A stretch of 64,000 bases of DNA from Octopus vulgaris (GCA_951406725.2 OX597815.1:106640001-106704000); one strand, 5' to 3'; positions 13,545 to 29,794 are shown, counted from the stretch's first letter. Notes: generated from the letters alone by a model not told the origin. Numbers and translations: made by a program.

Positions 13545-13760
13545 GGCGGGGAGCTGGTAGAATCATTAGTACGATGGGGGAAATGCTTTGTAGCATTCCA
13601 TCCGTCTTTACGCACCGAGTTCAAATTCAGCAAGGTCGACTTTGCCTTTCATCCTTTTGGGGTCGCTGAAATAAGTACTAGTTGAGTACTAGGGTCAATT
13701 TACTCGACTTAGCCCCTCCCCCCAAACTGCTGGACTTGTGCTAAAATTTGAAACCAATAT
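13545..13760 (+). mobile_element. Full-length Meta-domain tRNA-derived SINE
   Basis: GGCGGGGAGCTGGTAGAATCATTAG (A box), GAGTTCAAATTC (B box), GTCGACTTTGCCTTTCATCCTTTTGGGGTCG (Meta-like core), tail CTTGTGCTAAAATTTGAAACC. Confidence 0.85.
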
Positions 13761-13879
13761 TTTGGAGTGAAAATAAAATACAATAATTGCTTATTCACAG
13801 TTTCGCTACGACAAAAAGTAGCAAAGTTTTATAATGAAATCAACATTACAAACCAAACATCTTATCAATTACGACCTGT

Positions 13880-14110
13880 ATTTTCTAGGATAAGGTGATG
13901 GCTTGAATGTTGTTTTATAAAGGAAACTTTCATTATATGAATTTGCATGGAAAAAGTGGATCAAGCCATAAGAAAACTACGGTAAAATTTGCACCACAAT
14001 TAGCTAAATAATTAAAGATCCGTTTCTTTAAAACAAATATTTAATGCTAATGAAATCAGTTTGTTCTGGAAGACAATGCCTAAGAAAAATTTTATTCCAA
14101 GAACAGAAGG
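13880..14110 (+). pseudogene. Tigger/pogo (DDE_1, CENP-B-like) transposase relic
   Basis: Manual translation with frameshifts gives WLE...NFHYMNLHGKSGS...FNANEISLFWKTMP, matching the LHGESAS...FNADETGLFWK.MP signature. Confidence 0.7.
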
Positions 14111-14537
14111 TTAACTGTTAGCGAATTCAAAGTACCTGGAGATCGAATGGCATTATTAATATGCTATAATGCATTAGGTGACAGTTTCATAACGACATTA
14201 TTAATTAATGGTGCTATTAATCCATGTGAATTGAAAGGGTTCAATGAAAATAAACTTCACCGTTGACTGACGTGCGAATTATAAAACATGGCTGACTGCT
14301 ACAATATTTGATAACTGGTTTTATGAAAACTTTGTTTTTGAAACAGATATTTACTCAAAAGCAAGAGTATTGACTTCAAAATGTTATTACTAATTAAAAA
14401 CGCTCCATCACATCCCTGTGATTAAAAAGTTCTAACTTTAAAGTTCTGTTCTTACCTCTTAGTAATACTACACCACTTACTCAACGATTAGATCAACACA
14501 TAACTTGTTATTTGATGAGAAGCTATGTTAAACAGAA

Positions 14538-14854
14538 GGTGCGTGGATTAGTGGCTAGGGTATTTGGATCATGACCGTAAGATCGTGTGTTCGATTCTCG
14601 GCGACGCGTTGTGTCCTTGACCAAGACACTTTATTTCTCGTTTCTCCAGCACACACAGCTGGCAAAAGCGAGTTATACATGTAATTCAAAGGGCCAGGCT
14701 TATCACACTGTGTCACGGTGAATCTTCATGGAAACTACGTTAAGGATACGCGTGTCTGTGGAGTGCTCAGCCTCTTACACGTTAATTTTACAAGTATACT
14801 GTTCCGTTGATCGGATCAACTGGAAACCTCGTTCTCGTAACCGACGGAGAGCCA
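14538..14854 (+). mobile_element. Full-length tRNA-derived CORE-like SINE
   Basis: GGTGCGTGGATTAGTGGCTAGGG (A box), GTTCGATTC (B box), TTGTGTCCTTGACCAAGACACTTTAT core, 3' tail ...GTAACCGACGGAGAGCCA. Confidence 0.8.
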
Positions 14855-15139
14855 GGATGGTAAGCATTCCAATAAAAAAATATCGATGATATGGAAGAAA
14901 ACCTGGCAACTGTTTCAGAGGTATATATGAAAAAAAAAAAACTCTCAGTGAGTAAAGGCATCTTATGAAATGAATGAAACCACATTAAATACATGCTGGA
15001 TTGCCATTTTTAAATGCTGGAAGGTCATTTTGCCTGGATTAGCTCTAAATGGTTGTGACTCTGAAATGGGAAAACATCTTACACACAGAGACTATCGCCC
15101 GTTCAATAGGGTGGATTAAATGATTTAGTTATCTCTCTC

Positions 15140-15335
15140 TTTTATTTTCTATTTGGTTTCAGTTATTGTACTGAGTCCATGCTGGGACTGCGCCTTAAAA
15201 GGTTTAATCGAACAAATCGAACCTGTACTTATTATTTTAAGCATGTTACTCCAGCTACACCTTTTGCCGAACAGCTACGTTACAAACGAACATTAGTTGT
15301 CAAGTAGTAATGGAGGACAAACATAAACACAGACG
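15140..15335. mobile_element. Third SINE-like repeat family (GTTTCAGTCAT...CATGCTGG...CCGAAC), degraded
   Basis: Homologous to copies at 29660-29745, 40615-40835, 40862-41065, 44595-44815, 53805-53990 and 54410-54615. Confidence 0.6.
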
Positions 15336-15851
15336 CACGCGCGCGTGTATAAAACAAGATATAAACAGATCATTAGAAAAATAAATGAGATTATAATCGG
15401 AAAGACAGAAAATGTGAGAAAAGAGAGAAAGAGAGAGAGAGAGAGGGGGGAAGAAGCTGACAGAGAGAGGTAGAGAGGATGCTACAAAGAGAGACTCAAA
15501 TTTCTAAAACAAAATATATTTAAGAAAACAAGTTAAAAGAAAATATGTTAGGTAGCTGAAGCGATATAAATTAATAAAATAGAAAGAAAGAAGAGAGAAG
15601 CGATGCATAGATATAAAGAGAGTTAGAGAGAGACAGATTATAAAAGTAAAATATAGATTAAAAAGAAGACAAATACAACGGCTGCAGTAAATTTTTATAG
15701 TCAGATCATAAAACATTTCTTTTTAAGTATCAACTTGAAAGGCAGTCAGAAGAGATTTACTTCTAATGAAAGGAAAATTTTATAGCAGATAAACTAGTAG
15801 GAAAAGATCATGAAGAATACTGTCGTTTTTCTTCTTTCTTTTCATAGAATC

Positions 15852-15936
<85 letters not shown>

Positions 15937-16255
15937 CAATCGGTAATCTGCGGAGTTTATTGAACATAGGCCAGAGGATTAAATGAAATGACCCTATAAG
16001 CCAACTTAGATTAAAGTGAAAAAAAGAAAAGTAAATGATTGTAGAAATATTAATAATAGTTTTAGTAATATTAATAATGATAAATATATTAATATCAAGG
16101 ATGACGATGATGATGATGATGATGATGATGAAGCCTGTGCAGTTAACAGACAGTTAAAGAGTACAATGTAAATTATATAACCAACTGATACCTCTCTTTC
16201 TCTACTCTCGCTTCATCCTTCTCTCTGTCTGCCTGTCCGTCTGTGTCTGTCTATC

Positions 16256-16330
<75 letters not shown>

Positions 16331-16539
16331 ATGTGTGTGTGAGAGAGATGCACACAAACATGTTACCAGTTTCAGCCATCAAGCCATAGCCAAACTACAA
16401 TACCACCATGATGACGTCTTGGTTAGATATTATGCACAGCAATATGCTCATGCCTTTTCACAAGTGTAGACTTTTGCTAATGTTTCTTATCCTACTGACT
16501 GCGCCAGATGTTACAATGGAATAATTCCAGAGCCATCGA

Positions 16540-16745
16540 TGTAACCTCTGTATGGTTGCTCGATCCTTTAGAAATAGACGTCAAGTTTCCTTCAAAGCTC
16601 ACCCTAACGTCTTAAAAGTTCGGAAGGACACATTGAATAATGTAGTCTCAGATACGCAGTGTATCTGAAATAAAGATAATATGGTCACAGATGGGCTGGT
16701 TTTCTAACATGTCTGTTTCTTCAGACATCCCCAGGGATAAGCAGC
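16540..16745 (+). repeat. Fourth interspersed repeat family (TGGTTGCTCGA...AGAAATAG...CACCCTA...GGTCA)
   Basis: Related sequences at 12690-12860 and 17770-18230 (opposite strand), 30620-31095 and 33395-33560. Confidence 0.5.
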
Positions 16746-19700
16746 AGCAATAATAAGAACAACAGCCGCAACACGTTACTGAAGTCATCGAGGAAACCTC
16801 TACGTGGTTGCTTCAACTTTTATGAGTGGTCGAACCAAGCAAGTGAAGAGTAACAGGAGGCTGATGCTAATTTTACTGAAAATATATGTCGGTTTGGAGC
16901 GTAGCAGGATCTTCTAAGAGGATGTGCGAGAGACCAATAGCATTAGAATCCTCTTATTTGCCATTTATCTTACAGTTTTCGCTTTGAGGAAGGGGATGTG
17001 TCCATGATCATTTCCCTCCGAGGGTACTGTCTTGTAACAGAACAAAATGCTTGGCGGCATTTCTTTCGGTTTTACGTTCTGAGTTAAAATTCCACCGAGG
17101 TCGATTTTGCCTTTTCGGAGTTGATTAAATAAGTACCAGTTGAATACTAGCCCTCTTCCCCCAAATTTCAGGCCTTGTGTCTATAGTAGGAGGATATAAT
17201 TGGCAGATTTCGCGTTACATTAAAGGCAAGATCTGCCAGTCAACTGATTATTTTCTTCTGTTTTCTTATTCTTTCATTACACTAATGATCATCAGAAAAT
17301 TTTAAAATTAACATTTTCTTTTTAACACAAATTTCCTTCCTTGACAATAAATGCAGAACATTGTGTCAATCTGAGTAATTAGTTCGCCAAATTCAAAGAG
17401 TTTCATGGCATAGGTAAAAAGATTGCCGTGGCTAAGAGCGGATGAATATTTTCTGATGTTTAAATGTTTTATAAAATCAATTTTTAGTGTTTAGGTTTTC
17501 GAAGATGTTGTTTTATGAACTGTATTTGAAGATTGTTTATCTGATTGGTCTAGCTTTATATTTCAGTTCAATCTAAATTCATTTCCGTGAGGAAATTATT
17601 TGTCCTGAATTAGTATTTTTGTTGTTGCATTTCTATAAACGAAGCACTTCTTATGATGATACTGTTATGACATTTAAAAATAGAAGTGGATTTGATGTTG
17701 GTGTAGACTGTTGCACTGATGTTAGTGATGCTACTGGATTGCAGTTGTTGTCTATTCCTAAGTCGATGCTGATGAAGCAGACGTCACTAAAGCCATTCCA
17801 GACGTCTCCGACGGCCCGCAACTGTCCTTTGTTTTCCTGGTGCATATGCTTTTATTATCTAATGTTTGTGTTTCTTTTTCTTTTAAAGACAGCCGTCTGG
17901 TTCGAGAGTTATTTAGCTGTTATTTCATGCAGCTAAATAACAGCTGTTATTAGCGGTTATTTCATGCAAACTGAATAATGTGCTGGATTTGGTGAATTTG
18001 GTGGTTGTCTTAGTTGTTGTCAGAGTTTGTGTTGCGACGGATTGGTTGTTCTTGTTTTCCCATGAGCCACAGTCGAGCAGATCAGTGATCAAAGACGCCC
18101 CAACCATGATCACTCCGTCTTTTTTCTTCCAGACATTGTGTAGTTGGGGGAAATTATTCAACACCCATATACTTTTAAGGAGATTATTTGCTATTTCTTG
18201 CAGATCGAGCAATCACATAGGAACCTACTCATTTGTCTCAAGCGTTAGTAGAATTAATTGCGATTGCTAGTAGTGAGTCCGTATAAGTAGTGATCTGTGG
18301 TACTAGTATTAGGTACGAGCCATCGTTGATGTAACATGGACATACTGCAAGTGGCACTGCTGACGGAATTGTTAGGGAGTCGGACAAAATGTTTTGAGAT
18401 ATTTAGTTACGACACTTTTGAGTTCAAATCAAACCACTTTTGATAAGTACTAGTCAACTCGGGTCAAAATAATTCCATATAATAATGTCACAAATTTGAG
18501 CTCTAAAATCTATGCTTGAAAACAATACTTTTCATGCTAAACAGTGAACTGGTGATAGTGTTGTTGTTGTTGTCTAACTCTAGTGTAGCCCTGATTGAAC
18601 AGACCTACAACAAAGCCCGTATTTTGTTTCACATAGTACTCATTAAGTGCGTCTATCTTTTAAGGCTGTAGGGTTTCATATGTGGTAGATGTGGCTGCTC
18701 CATCTTGATGGCCGAGTGACTTATTATGGAGTTGACGGTTATGGTGAAGGTGCTATGCGTGTTGGCAGCAGTATTTTTAGTTTGCCATCGTTGAGTGTAA
18801 AAGTGGTGACGGCAATAATGGTAATTTTTTTTAGAATGATGGTGGTGATTGTTATTATACATGATGCTGCTGTAGGAAAGCAGAAGCAGTAGGAGGGATT
18901 GTGATTCATAGTTACAGTGGTAGTGATAATGGTATGGTTTTCATGTTGATAGACACGTTAAGAGTGGGGAAGGTTTCAGTTTATGTGATGCTATCGCTTG
19001 CGAGGACCGGTAAAAATTAAACCAAGATAAATTTTGTGGGTTATCTATGCGTTCTTGATAATTTTATTCCTGTACAGAAAGACGTATTGCTTGTTACAAA
19101 GCAAGTCAGATGCTTATCCTGGGGGAAAACAAAGATAAGAAATGATGATGAGTAAAATTTTATGTAAAATATAGAAGCAAATTAGCTCGTGTTAATACAG
19201 AAATTAAGATAACATCCTTTATCGAATATATATATAACACCTCATATTGTTGCTTAGGAGAGAAGTAGAATTATAAGCAATTATACAGATTCTCAGTACT
19301 TCACTAAAGCTGTTTTCTTTTTATCGACCCTGGAAGAATGAAAGGCAAAGTTGGTTTAGGCAGGGATTCAAAATCAAAATGTAAAGTGGTGTCAAACAAA
19401 ATATCATGCGATTGTTAATAATGTCTTTTTATGATTTCATTCCGAACGACCCTGGGAGAATGAAGGACAAAAATAATCCTGGCTGGAATTCGAAATCAGA
19501 ATATAAAGAGATGCGGGACAAAATGCTACGCGGTAATTAGCTACGTCTTTTTATGTTCCAATTCCGAATTCCCAGTGAAGTTCAACTTTGCCTTACATCG
19601 TTCCAGAGTCGATTAAATAGTCATAGTGAAATACTGGAGTTCTATCTAATCGATTTCACTCTCCCTCTCAAATTTGACGTCATCTGCCTATATAAGAAAT

Positions 19701-22700
19701 CAGTAATGTTCATGAAAGATTTTTTCATAGCTGCTTGGTTAGGAACTCATCCGAAATTTTATATCCTGATTTGGATATAAAATTCAGAATCTGGTTTGTC
19801 AATCTGCTTCTATTACGGGAAATACCAACACTGCTTGTATATTTTTTTTCTTGAATTCTTGCAGATTAAACAGTTGTCAATTCAGCGATGCCCGATGGTG
19901 CATTTGTCAAACAAAAGTGATAAAAATGCTACCGCATTACGACCTTACCTAACTGTTACACCAAATCTTTTGAAAGTATCGCCACAAAGTAACGTTTATT
20001 GAACGTATAATGTGCTAAACGAATGATATTTTGATATTTCCACAAAGAGAATATGTCGCCATGACTGTTCGGAGGAAGATGAAAAGGAAATGAGTATAAA
20101 AGCGATGTGACTGGGGCTGAGCTGAATAAGTGAAAATAAACGTGTAACTGCTGTTTGATAAGCTTATTACTGCGTTTGATATAGATATAAATATATGTAT
20201 ATATTTGAGAGTGTATTTCCAAATGTTTCTAGTTTTATTACTTTCGCTATGCTGCAAGAATCAATACCAAATATGTTTGATACACACACACACACAAACG
20301 CGCGCGCACGCACACACACACACACACACACAAGAGACTTATATGTCATGAGACTGGTAACTTTGAAGTATGCTTTTGCCACCATCGTTAATATCAGGAA
20401 ATATGACATACATACAATGATTATGATTTAACTTTTATCAAATTTCTTGGTGCTTATACAAAATATAGAAATGAATACTAATTTAGAAAAAGAAAAATAT
20501 TTATTACCTTAAAATACAATTAAATAAAGCAAATATCTCATTTGTATATTTGCTATAAATATATGTTATTAATTTTCTAAATGTCATCAACATAATCACA
20601 TTATAATTTATCAAAAACACATCTCAGTAAAATTGCATAAAAAAAGTGTGACTTTTGAGAAAGTTATTAACATCAAAATTGGTGGTGAGGCACCACACTG
20701 AATATGCACACATCCTGCATCTCTTATGATGGTAAGATGAACACTAACATTATAATAAATTATGCACACACGTATGTGCATATGTGTTTGTGTGCGCGCA
20801 CGATTTATTCAAGGCTGAGCCTGAATCGAAGTGAGCCGTTAATCAAATTTCACGTTCCACATCGTCAGTCAACTGGTGGTGGTGGTAGCGGGGGTTAGGG
20901 TTAATAGGGATGATAACCAGATAAAAGTTTTGATTATATTTATAGCAGGACATTTTCACCTGAAAAACTGGGTAACGATACTACCATCTCTACCCGTACA
21001 ACGACACTAATGATATTGAATCAAAGAGTACATTGAAAACAAAAATGGAGATTTTCTGAATAGAATTGATTAAAGGTAGTGAGGGGGAATATTCTTAAAA
21101 AATGACCGAGAATGGTGATGTTAAGCCTGTTGGGTGGTTAGGTGTTGTGAGCTTTGAAAGTAATAAATCAACTGTAAAGGATTGAGATGTGACTTGACTT
21201 ATTTCAGAGAAGACGGTACGTGTGGTAAGTGTATATAATTTAAGAAAGGTCACACATATATGCGCACATATTTGCAAACGAATGAATTTTCTTCCGCTTT
21301 TACTGTATGGATAAAACTTGACCCCTTCAGATGAAATAATAAAGCAAAAAGTAAAATGGGCCCATTCGTTGTTATCTTGAAGAATAGTTGTCCTTTTTTT
21401 TTCTTTAAGTTGGCACACAATTTTTCAGTACCTCACTAGAAGATAAAGCAATTTCCAGACCCAAGGATGATTTGAATGGCTAGTTTAAAATTCTCCGATT
21501 ATTTTTTAACGGTTCAAGAATACTGTAAAACCGATCGTTTGTTCAACGTTCCCACTGATATAATTTCTATTAAATACTATATATTCACACTGAAAATAAA
21601 ATCGAATTGTTAAATGCTTCAAAGTGGACAACAAATATCTACTTTTAGCTTAACTGTCTTAAGTTCAGTACCACAAAGGAAATTCATTGTATATTTGATC
21701 AGTACAATTAAATATGTTGAGTGATTTAATAGCACTGCTAACACAGTATGACGCAGGACTGACTTATAAAGCGTTTTATATACTTTATAGCATATTATGG
21801 TTGCATAACGAAATACGATATCCCTACAAGTAATTAATCTATACGATCAGGTTCAATTAGCTTTCGTAAAATGGGACGAGAGAATGCAAGAATATTTCAT
21901 TAGATTGCTTTTCTATACAACTGATAATTTATCTCTAATCCGCTTCTTTATATGCAACTGTAATTAAACACAGATTTTCTTTTTACGAGCCGGTAAGAAC
22001 TTTAGTGGTATTAACAAAAATTATATTATAGCTTACCACACTATTTATAAACGCTAAAATAAGCAGCTACCTATTTTCCAACTCTTCTCATGAAACTAAT
22101 TCATATTGATATCCTCCCGCCTAATCATACAGTGATGATATGGCTAATTTCATATTGATAGATAATGTTTCGACTGGCTCATTATTCGAGTTGTTAAAAT
22201 GACTAAATCACTCATAGACATAACTGCCTTGTAAGTATTTACTATCTAACGTCGATCGTTGAGCAGGTAATCAGTTTGTCTAGTTTCATTAGAAGAAGCC
22301 ATAAAAACAAACACGATAAATGAACATCGTATATCACACTAAACCATAAAAATACACACAAGCTTACTTATACAGACACATCAGTTATACACCAACACAC
22401 AAAAAGGGAGAACAGTTACATATATACACATTTACGCAGACAGGCAGGCAGGCACACACACACAAATATACATACATACATACATACATACATACATACA
22501 TACATACATACATACATACATACATACATACATACATACAACATGTACATCAGCGTGTCTGCATCAAGATGTGTGAAAGTTTTGAAGGTATAAATCTGAT
22601 TTGTTTTAGCGTTTTGGTAAAATATGGGCGAATATCCAAACTAAATTTACACCTGTTTGAGGAATATGATTCTATGATTAACGTTTTGGTAAATGTTAAA

Positions 22701-22811
22701 AATATCACTCGAGATAATAAAAATAGCCTCGAACTTAGTCGCTGAAGGTCACAAGATTATGCGTTAGACGTAGGTATTCGTTAAAAGCAGACATATTACA
22801 TACACAAACAC

Positions 22812-22850
<39 letters not shown>

Positions 22851-23297
22851 CACACACACATGCGCACACACATACACACATACAGACACACGATAACAAA
22901 ATGAAAAAGAATGTAGCTTCATAACTTTCTTTTATAGTATTTAAAGGCTGTTTAGAAAGTGGGCCAAGATAAATATTTTAAGAAATGATGACTTTTTAAA
23001 AGCCTTTGGCGCAAAGCCAACGTGTGGAACAGTTGGATTGACGCAGTAAATTTCTGGTACATATTTTATCTGTAAATAAAAGGAAATAATTCAGACTAAG
23101 ATTTGATGCTGAAACTAAATACTGCAATGCACTCTAACGTATTTTAGTTCGGTGCTTTCATAGTTACAGTCAATCTTAATATTTAAACGTACCAGTCAAT
23201 TACTGGGATCGATATAATCGATACCCCTCTTCTTCTAAAAATTGTTGGTCTTGTCTACGGTAAAAGCAAGCACCAAGCAGTTATTATTATTATTATT

Positions 23298-25305
<2,008 letters not shown>

Positions 25306-25317
25306 CATTATTATCTA

Positions 25318-25535
25318 AGGCAGCGAGCTGGCAGAATCGTTAGCACGCCGGGCAAAATGCTTAGCAATATTTCGCTCGTCACTACGTTCTGAGTTCACAT
25401 TCCGCTGAGGTTCACTTTGCCTTTCATCCTTTTGAGGTCGATAAATTAAGTACCAGTGAAACACTGGGGTCGATGTAACCAACTAGTCTCCTCCTCACAA
25501 ATTCCAGGCGTTGTGCCTTTTGAAGAAAGGATTAT
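25318..25535 (+). mobile_element. Full-length Meta-domain SINE
   Basis: GGCAGCGAGCTGGCAGAATCGTTAGCACGCCGGGC...CTTTGCCTTTCATCCTTTTGAGGTCGATAAATTAAGTACCAG. Confidence 0.85.
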
Positions 25536-25574
25536 TATCATCATCATCATCATCATCATCACCATCATCATCAT

Positions 25575-25775
25575 TGGATTGGAAGAATCGTTAGCGCGTC
25601 TGACAAAGTGCTTTGCCGTATTTTATGGCTCTTTATGTTCTAAATGAAAATCCTGCCGAGGCCAGCTTTGCCTTTCATCCTTTCGGAGTCGATGAAATAG
25701 AGTACTAGTCAGGTGCAGGAATACATCTAATCGACTAAGATTTCCTCTCACATCTGTTGGCCTTGTGCCTAAATC
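25575..25775 (+). mobile_element. Meta-domain SINE, degraded
   Basis: GAATCGTTAGCGCG...CTTTGCCTTTCATCCTTTCGGAGTCGATGAAAT...GGCCTTGTGCCTAAAT. Confidence 0.75.
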
Positions 25776-25793
25776 AGATACCACCACCACCAT

Positions 25794-25833
<40 letters not shown>

Positions 25834-25908
25834 ACCACAACCACCACCACGACCACCACCACGACCACCACGACCACGACCACCACGACCACCACGACCA
25901 CCACGACC

Positions 25909-25971
<63 letters not shown>

Positions 25972-26343
25972 GCTACTGCTGCTGCTGCTACTGCTGCTAC
26001 TGCTGTTAATACCACCACCACCACCACCACCACCACCACCACCACCATCACGGAGTCTGGTTTGGTCCAGACCTCCAAGTGGAGAAGAAATGGGACGAGG
26101 CAAAGAGCATAGTAACCTATTCCGTCCAGAAATAAGCCGAAGGAAAACCATTCCTCCAATGTCGGAAGATTACATCGCCTCCATCATACATTATTGCCTG
26201 ACCATCGTGTCTCGCCACAGATCATGTGTTACTGGAATGGAGCACCTGCCCATCCGCTTTCTGTTGAGGAGACGCGTTCTATGGGTCAGGCTCTTCATTT
26301 GTTTTCAACACCCGCTGAGCAGAGGATTGGGGATGCTGTAGAT

Positions 26344-26627
26344 CAGTGGTTCCTAAACTTTTTCGGGATGCCACCCCCTTGGTACCCAGGCCACATTCCT
26401 AGCGCTCCCACCCTACGTACCATCACAAACATAAACTACGTTCTGCATCAAATTCAAAACAACTGTATTTCACAAATAAAACCTAACCTAATAAACCGAT
26501 TATTTTGTTGTTCTTATATCCACCTCCCTCCTTTGGCCACCCCCTTATCGCCCCCACTTTTCTTCAGCCCCCACCAGATCTTTCCATCTACCCAGAGGGA
26601 TAGTACCGTTCACTTTGGGAACCACTA
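26344..26627. mobile_element. hAT (Charlie-like) MITE, 284 bp, with 8-bp TSD
   Basis: TIRs CAGTGGTTCCTAAA ... TTTGGGAACCACTA. Identical 8-bp direct repeat CTGTAGAT at 26336-26343 and 26628-26635. Confidence 0.9.
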
Positions 26628-26783
26628 CTGTAGATGATGATGATGCACAGACATGCACTGAGGGTGCGTTATCTCCAGCGTTTCATTCACAGTGAGCAGT
26701 CTTGGATCAAGTAGTGAGGACGTAAAAATACGGAGAGAACTCAAATGGTTTGGAGAGAGTAAATTTGATTAAGATTGATTCTA

Positions 26784-28064
26784 TTGGGTTGGCAACTAAG
26801 TTCCCGCGTTTTTTTTAAATTTTGGAATTTATTACGCTTTTAAATTTTGGAATCTATTTTTTTCGAGAATTCTATTTTTGAATCATTTTGGAATCTATTT
26901 TGTTATTTTTTCTAGTTAATTTTAGTTAATTTTTGTTTATTTTCAGATCATTAAAATGGAATGTCAAGTTAAGAAAAACGAGCATTTTCGACACCTCCTT
27001 CATTCTGCTTTTAATCAAGGTTCTAAGGCCGCAAAAGCTGCTCGCGACATATGGAGAGGATGCCATAGCTGAAAGAACCGCTCGTGATGGGGTGTGCCAA
27101 GTTCAAAAATGGAAATTTTGACCTCAGAGACTCACCTCGTTCTGGCCGTCCAGTTGAGTTCGATGAAGAGCGATTAAACCAACTTTTGCACGAAAATTCT
27201 CGTCAAACGACAAGGGAACTGGCAGAGAAAATGGAATGCTCCGACACTGCTATAGACAAGCATCTTCACTTGATGGGAAAGGTCCGCTAATATGGAGCAT
27301 GGGTTCCACATACTATAAGTGACAACAACAAAAATCAACGAGCCACAATCTCCGCTGGTTTGCTTGTTTGTCACCGCTCAACTCATGGACACAAGCAACG
27401 ATTTCTTTACCGAATTGTTACTGGCGACGAAAAATGGTGCCTGTACACCAATATGAAGCAGCGTAAGGAATGGCTTAGCCCGGTAAACAAGCGACACCGC
27501 GCATGAAACAAGATCTTCATCCGCGTAAAACGAAGTTGTGCGTATGGTGGGACTGGGAAGTGATTATCCATTACGAATTGCTTGAACGGAACCAAACGGT
27601 CAACGCGGAACTCTATGTTCAATAGATGGAACGACTCAACACGGCTATTCAAGAGAAAAGACCTAATCGGCAGCATGGAGTTCTTCTGCTGCACGACAAC
27701 GCCCACCCTCATATCGCCAATATGACCAAGGAAGCCATTCAAACGCATGGCTGGGAAGTGCTGCCACCCCCGGCCGTACTCTCCTGATTTGGCACCAACG
27801 GATTTCCACCGCTTTCGATCTCTTTAAAATGCTATGCGCGGAGTTTCATTCAATACTGATGCAGTGAGAGCTTGGTTGGATCAATTTTTCGAGTCGAAAT
27901 CGGGTGATTTCTACCAACAAGGCATTGAAAATCTTGTAGAACGTTAGGAAGAAGTTGTAAACAATAAGTGTGAATACATTATTGATTAATTAATTGTTAT
28001 TTTTTATTAAACCCTTTAAAAAAATTAAATAAAAAAAACGGCGGGAACTTAGTTGCCAACCTAA
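26784..28064 (+). mobile_element. Full-length mariner transposon (mellifera-subfamily-like), 1281 bp, TA TSD
   Basis: TIRs TTGGGTTGGCAACTAAGTTCCCGC / GCGGGAACTTAGTTGCCAACCTAA (1 mismatch), TA on both sides. Confidence 0.95.
26956..27989 (+). pseudogene. Mariner DD34D transposase, disrupted by frameshifts and stops
   Basis: MECQVKKNEHFRH..., PRSGRP, WVPH, IVTGDEKW, HDNA.PH, P.YSPDLAP.DFH and terminal EYIID* motifs are present across frames. Confidence 0.92.
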
Positions 28065-28307
28065 TAGTTTTTGATAAGTGTTTATTTTATCAAGCAGAAC
28101 ATTGAAAGATAAAGTTTGTTTTGATAGGAATTCGAAAACAAAACGTAAAAAAAAACAATGCGCTGCTGAATATCGCAAGACGCTTTATTAATACTATCAA
28201 TTCGATGGTGGGGTTGGGGGTATTTATTAACTCAGAAAAATGCGCCAGATGGTAGAATCGGTGGTGCGCAGAACATAATAGATTGTAATATTTAGTTTGA
28301 TCTATAA

Positions 28308-28520
28308 GGTGACGAGCTGGCAGAATCGTCAATACGCCAGGCAAAGCGCTTAGTAGCATTTCATTCGTCTTCGTGTTCTGAGTTCAAATTCCGCAGCGGC
28401 CGACTTTACCTTTCATCTTTACGGGATCGATAAAATAAATATCAGCTGAGTCCTGAGACCGATGTAATCAATTTACATCTTGTCCCGAAATTGCTGACCT
28501 TGTGTCAAATTTAGAAATAT
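28308..28520 (+). mobile_element. Meta-domain SINE
   Basis: GGTGACGAGCTGGCAGAATCG...GAGTTCAAATTCCG...CTTTACCTTTCATC...GATAAAATAAAT. Confidence 0.8.
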
Positions 28521-29608
28521 TTATTTGATCCTTTAATATTCTGAATTTAAATTAGACCGCGGTCGAATTTTTTTTTCGGGATCTTTAAAATAAATACCTT
28601 CATATAGATTTTTATCGACTGTTCGCTTCTCTCCAAACTTGTGATCCTGTAGTACTAAGACCAGAAGACATTACTAAACTCAGGAGAAACGAAGTTCTTG
28701 TTTTAGTAGAAGTGTGTTGACTTAGTAGGTTGGTAACGTAGTATATAGTGTCGACGTTCTGATGATCAAAGTGATTCTAATATATAATTTTTATAGACAT
28801 GTCTGTTGTTACAAAAAACAAAAGCACAAAAACAAAAGACAAGACAAAAAGGAATAGCATTAAGAAATTTAATAACGACAATGACTATAGTGATAATATA
28901 GTATATACTATAGCGATAATTAAACTAACATACGTGGAAGAAATTTGTAAGCTTCCTTAATTGCTGTTAAAGATACCGATCACCTCATTCCATAGAAAAG
29001 AAACTAACGGAAAAAATCTAAAAACATAAAGGAATTGGAACTTGGCATTAACAAATATGCAGGAGTCTGTAAAATACATGCTTCAGCTCGTAATTAACGA
29101 AGAAATGTGCTTGTGAATGCGTAGTATATTAATAGAAATTTGACATTTCTATGTAATTAACATTTCTAACCAAACTGAATAGAAATGGAAAAAGAAATAG
29201 AAAGGGAGGAAAGAAATGAAAGTGAAGTAAGAAAACGTAAAGTTATTGAAATGCCACAAAGAAATAATCATATCTAAAGTGTGATATATAATGCTATTCC
29301 TAAACATGCACCAGTCTTCAGTTTGAATGCAACCATATACATATTCATAGAATGTAATAATTTAATTAATCGCAGTCATACTTGTTTAATAAATCATTCA
29401 GCGCAGTTGAAATCAACATGAGGAATACTTGAAGAACATCACTTTTAATAAGAGCATTATATGATAATGATATTTATGTGTGGAATCTTACAGGTACATC
29501 ACTGTTTTGGTGGTGCCAGTTATGATCATAACATACAACTTTTGAATATATATGTAGGCGTGGGTGGGTGGTAAGAAATTTGCTTTCCAACCACACGGTT
29601 CAGTCCCA

Positions 29609-29654
<46 letters not shown>

Positions 29655-29745
29655 TCTTTTACACTTTTACTTGTTTCAGTCATTTGACTGCAGCCTTGCT
29701 GGAGTGCCGCCTTTAGTCGAGCAAATAGATCTCAGGACTTATTTA

Positions 29746-29794
<49 letters not shown>

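Noticed and set aside
14538-14615. tRNA-like cloverleaf with A/B boxes
   Set aside because: It is the head of a SINE continuing into a CORE-like body, not a tRNA gene.
20835-20875. Minus-strand CTGACGA...GAAA motif
   Set aside because: Stem II only forms by using core A9, and no NUH sits at the required position, so it is probably chance.
20892-20902. TTAGGG-like repeats here and CCCTAA x2 at ~63072-63084
   Set aside because: Only about two units each, not an interstitial telomere array.
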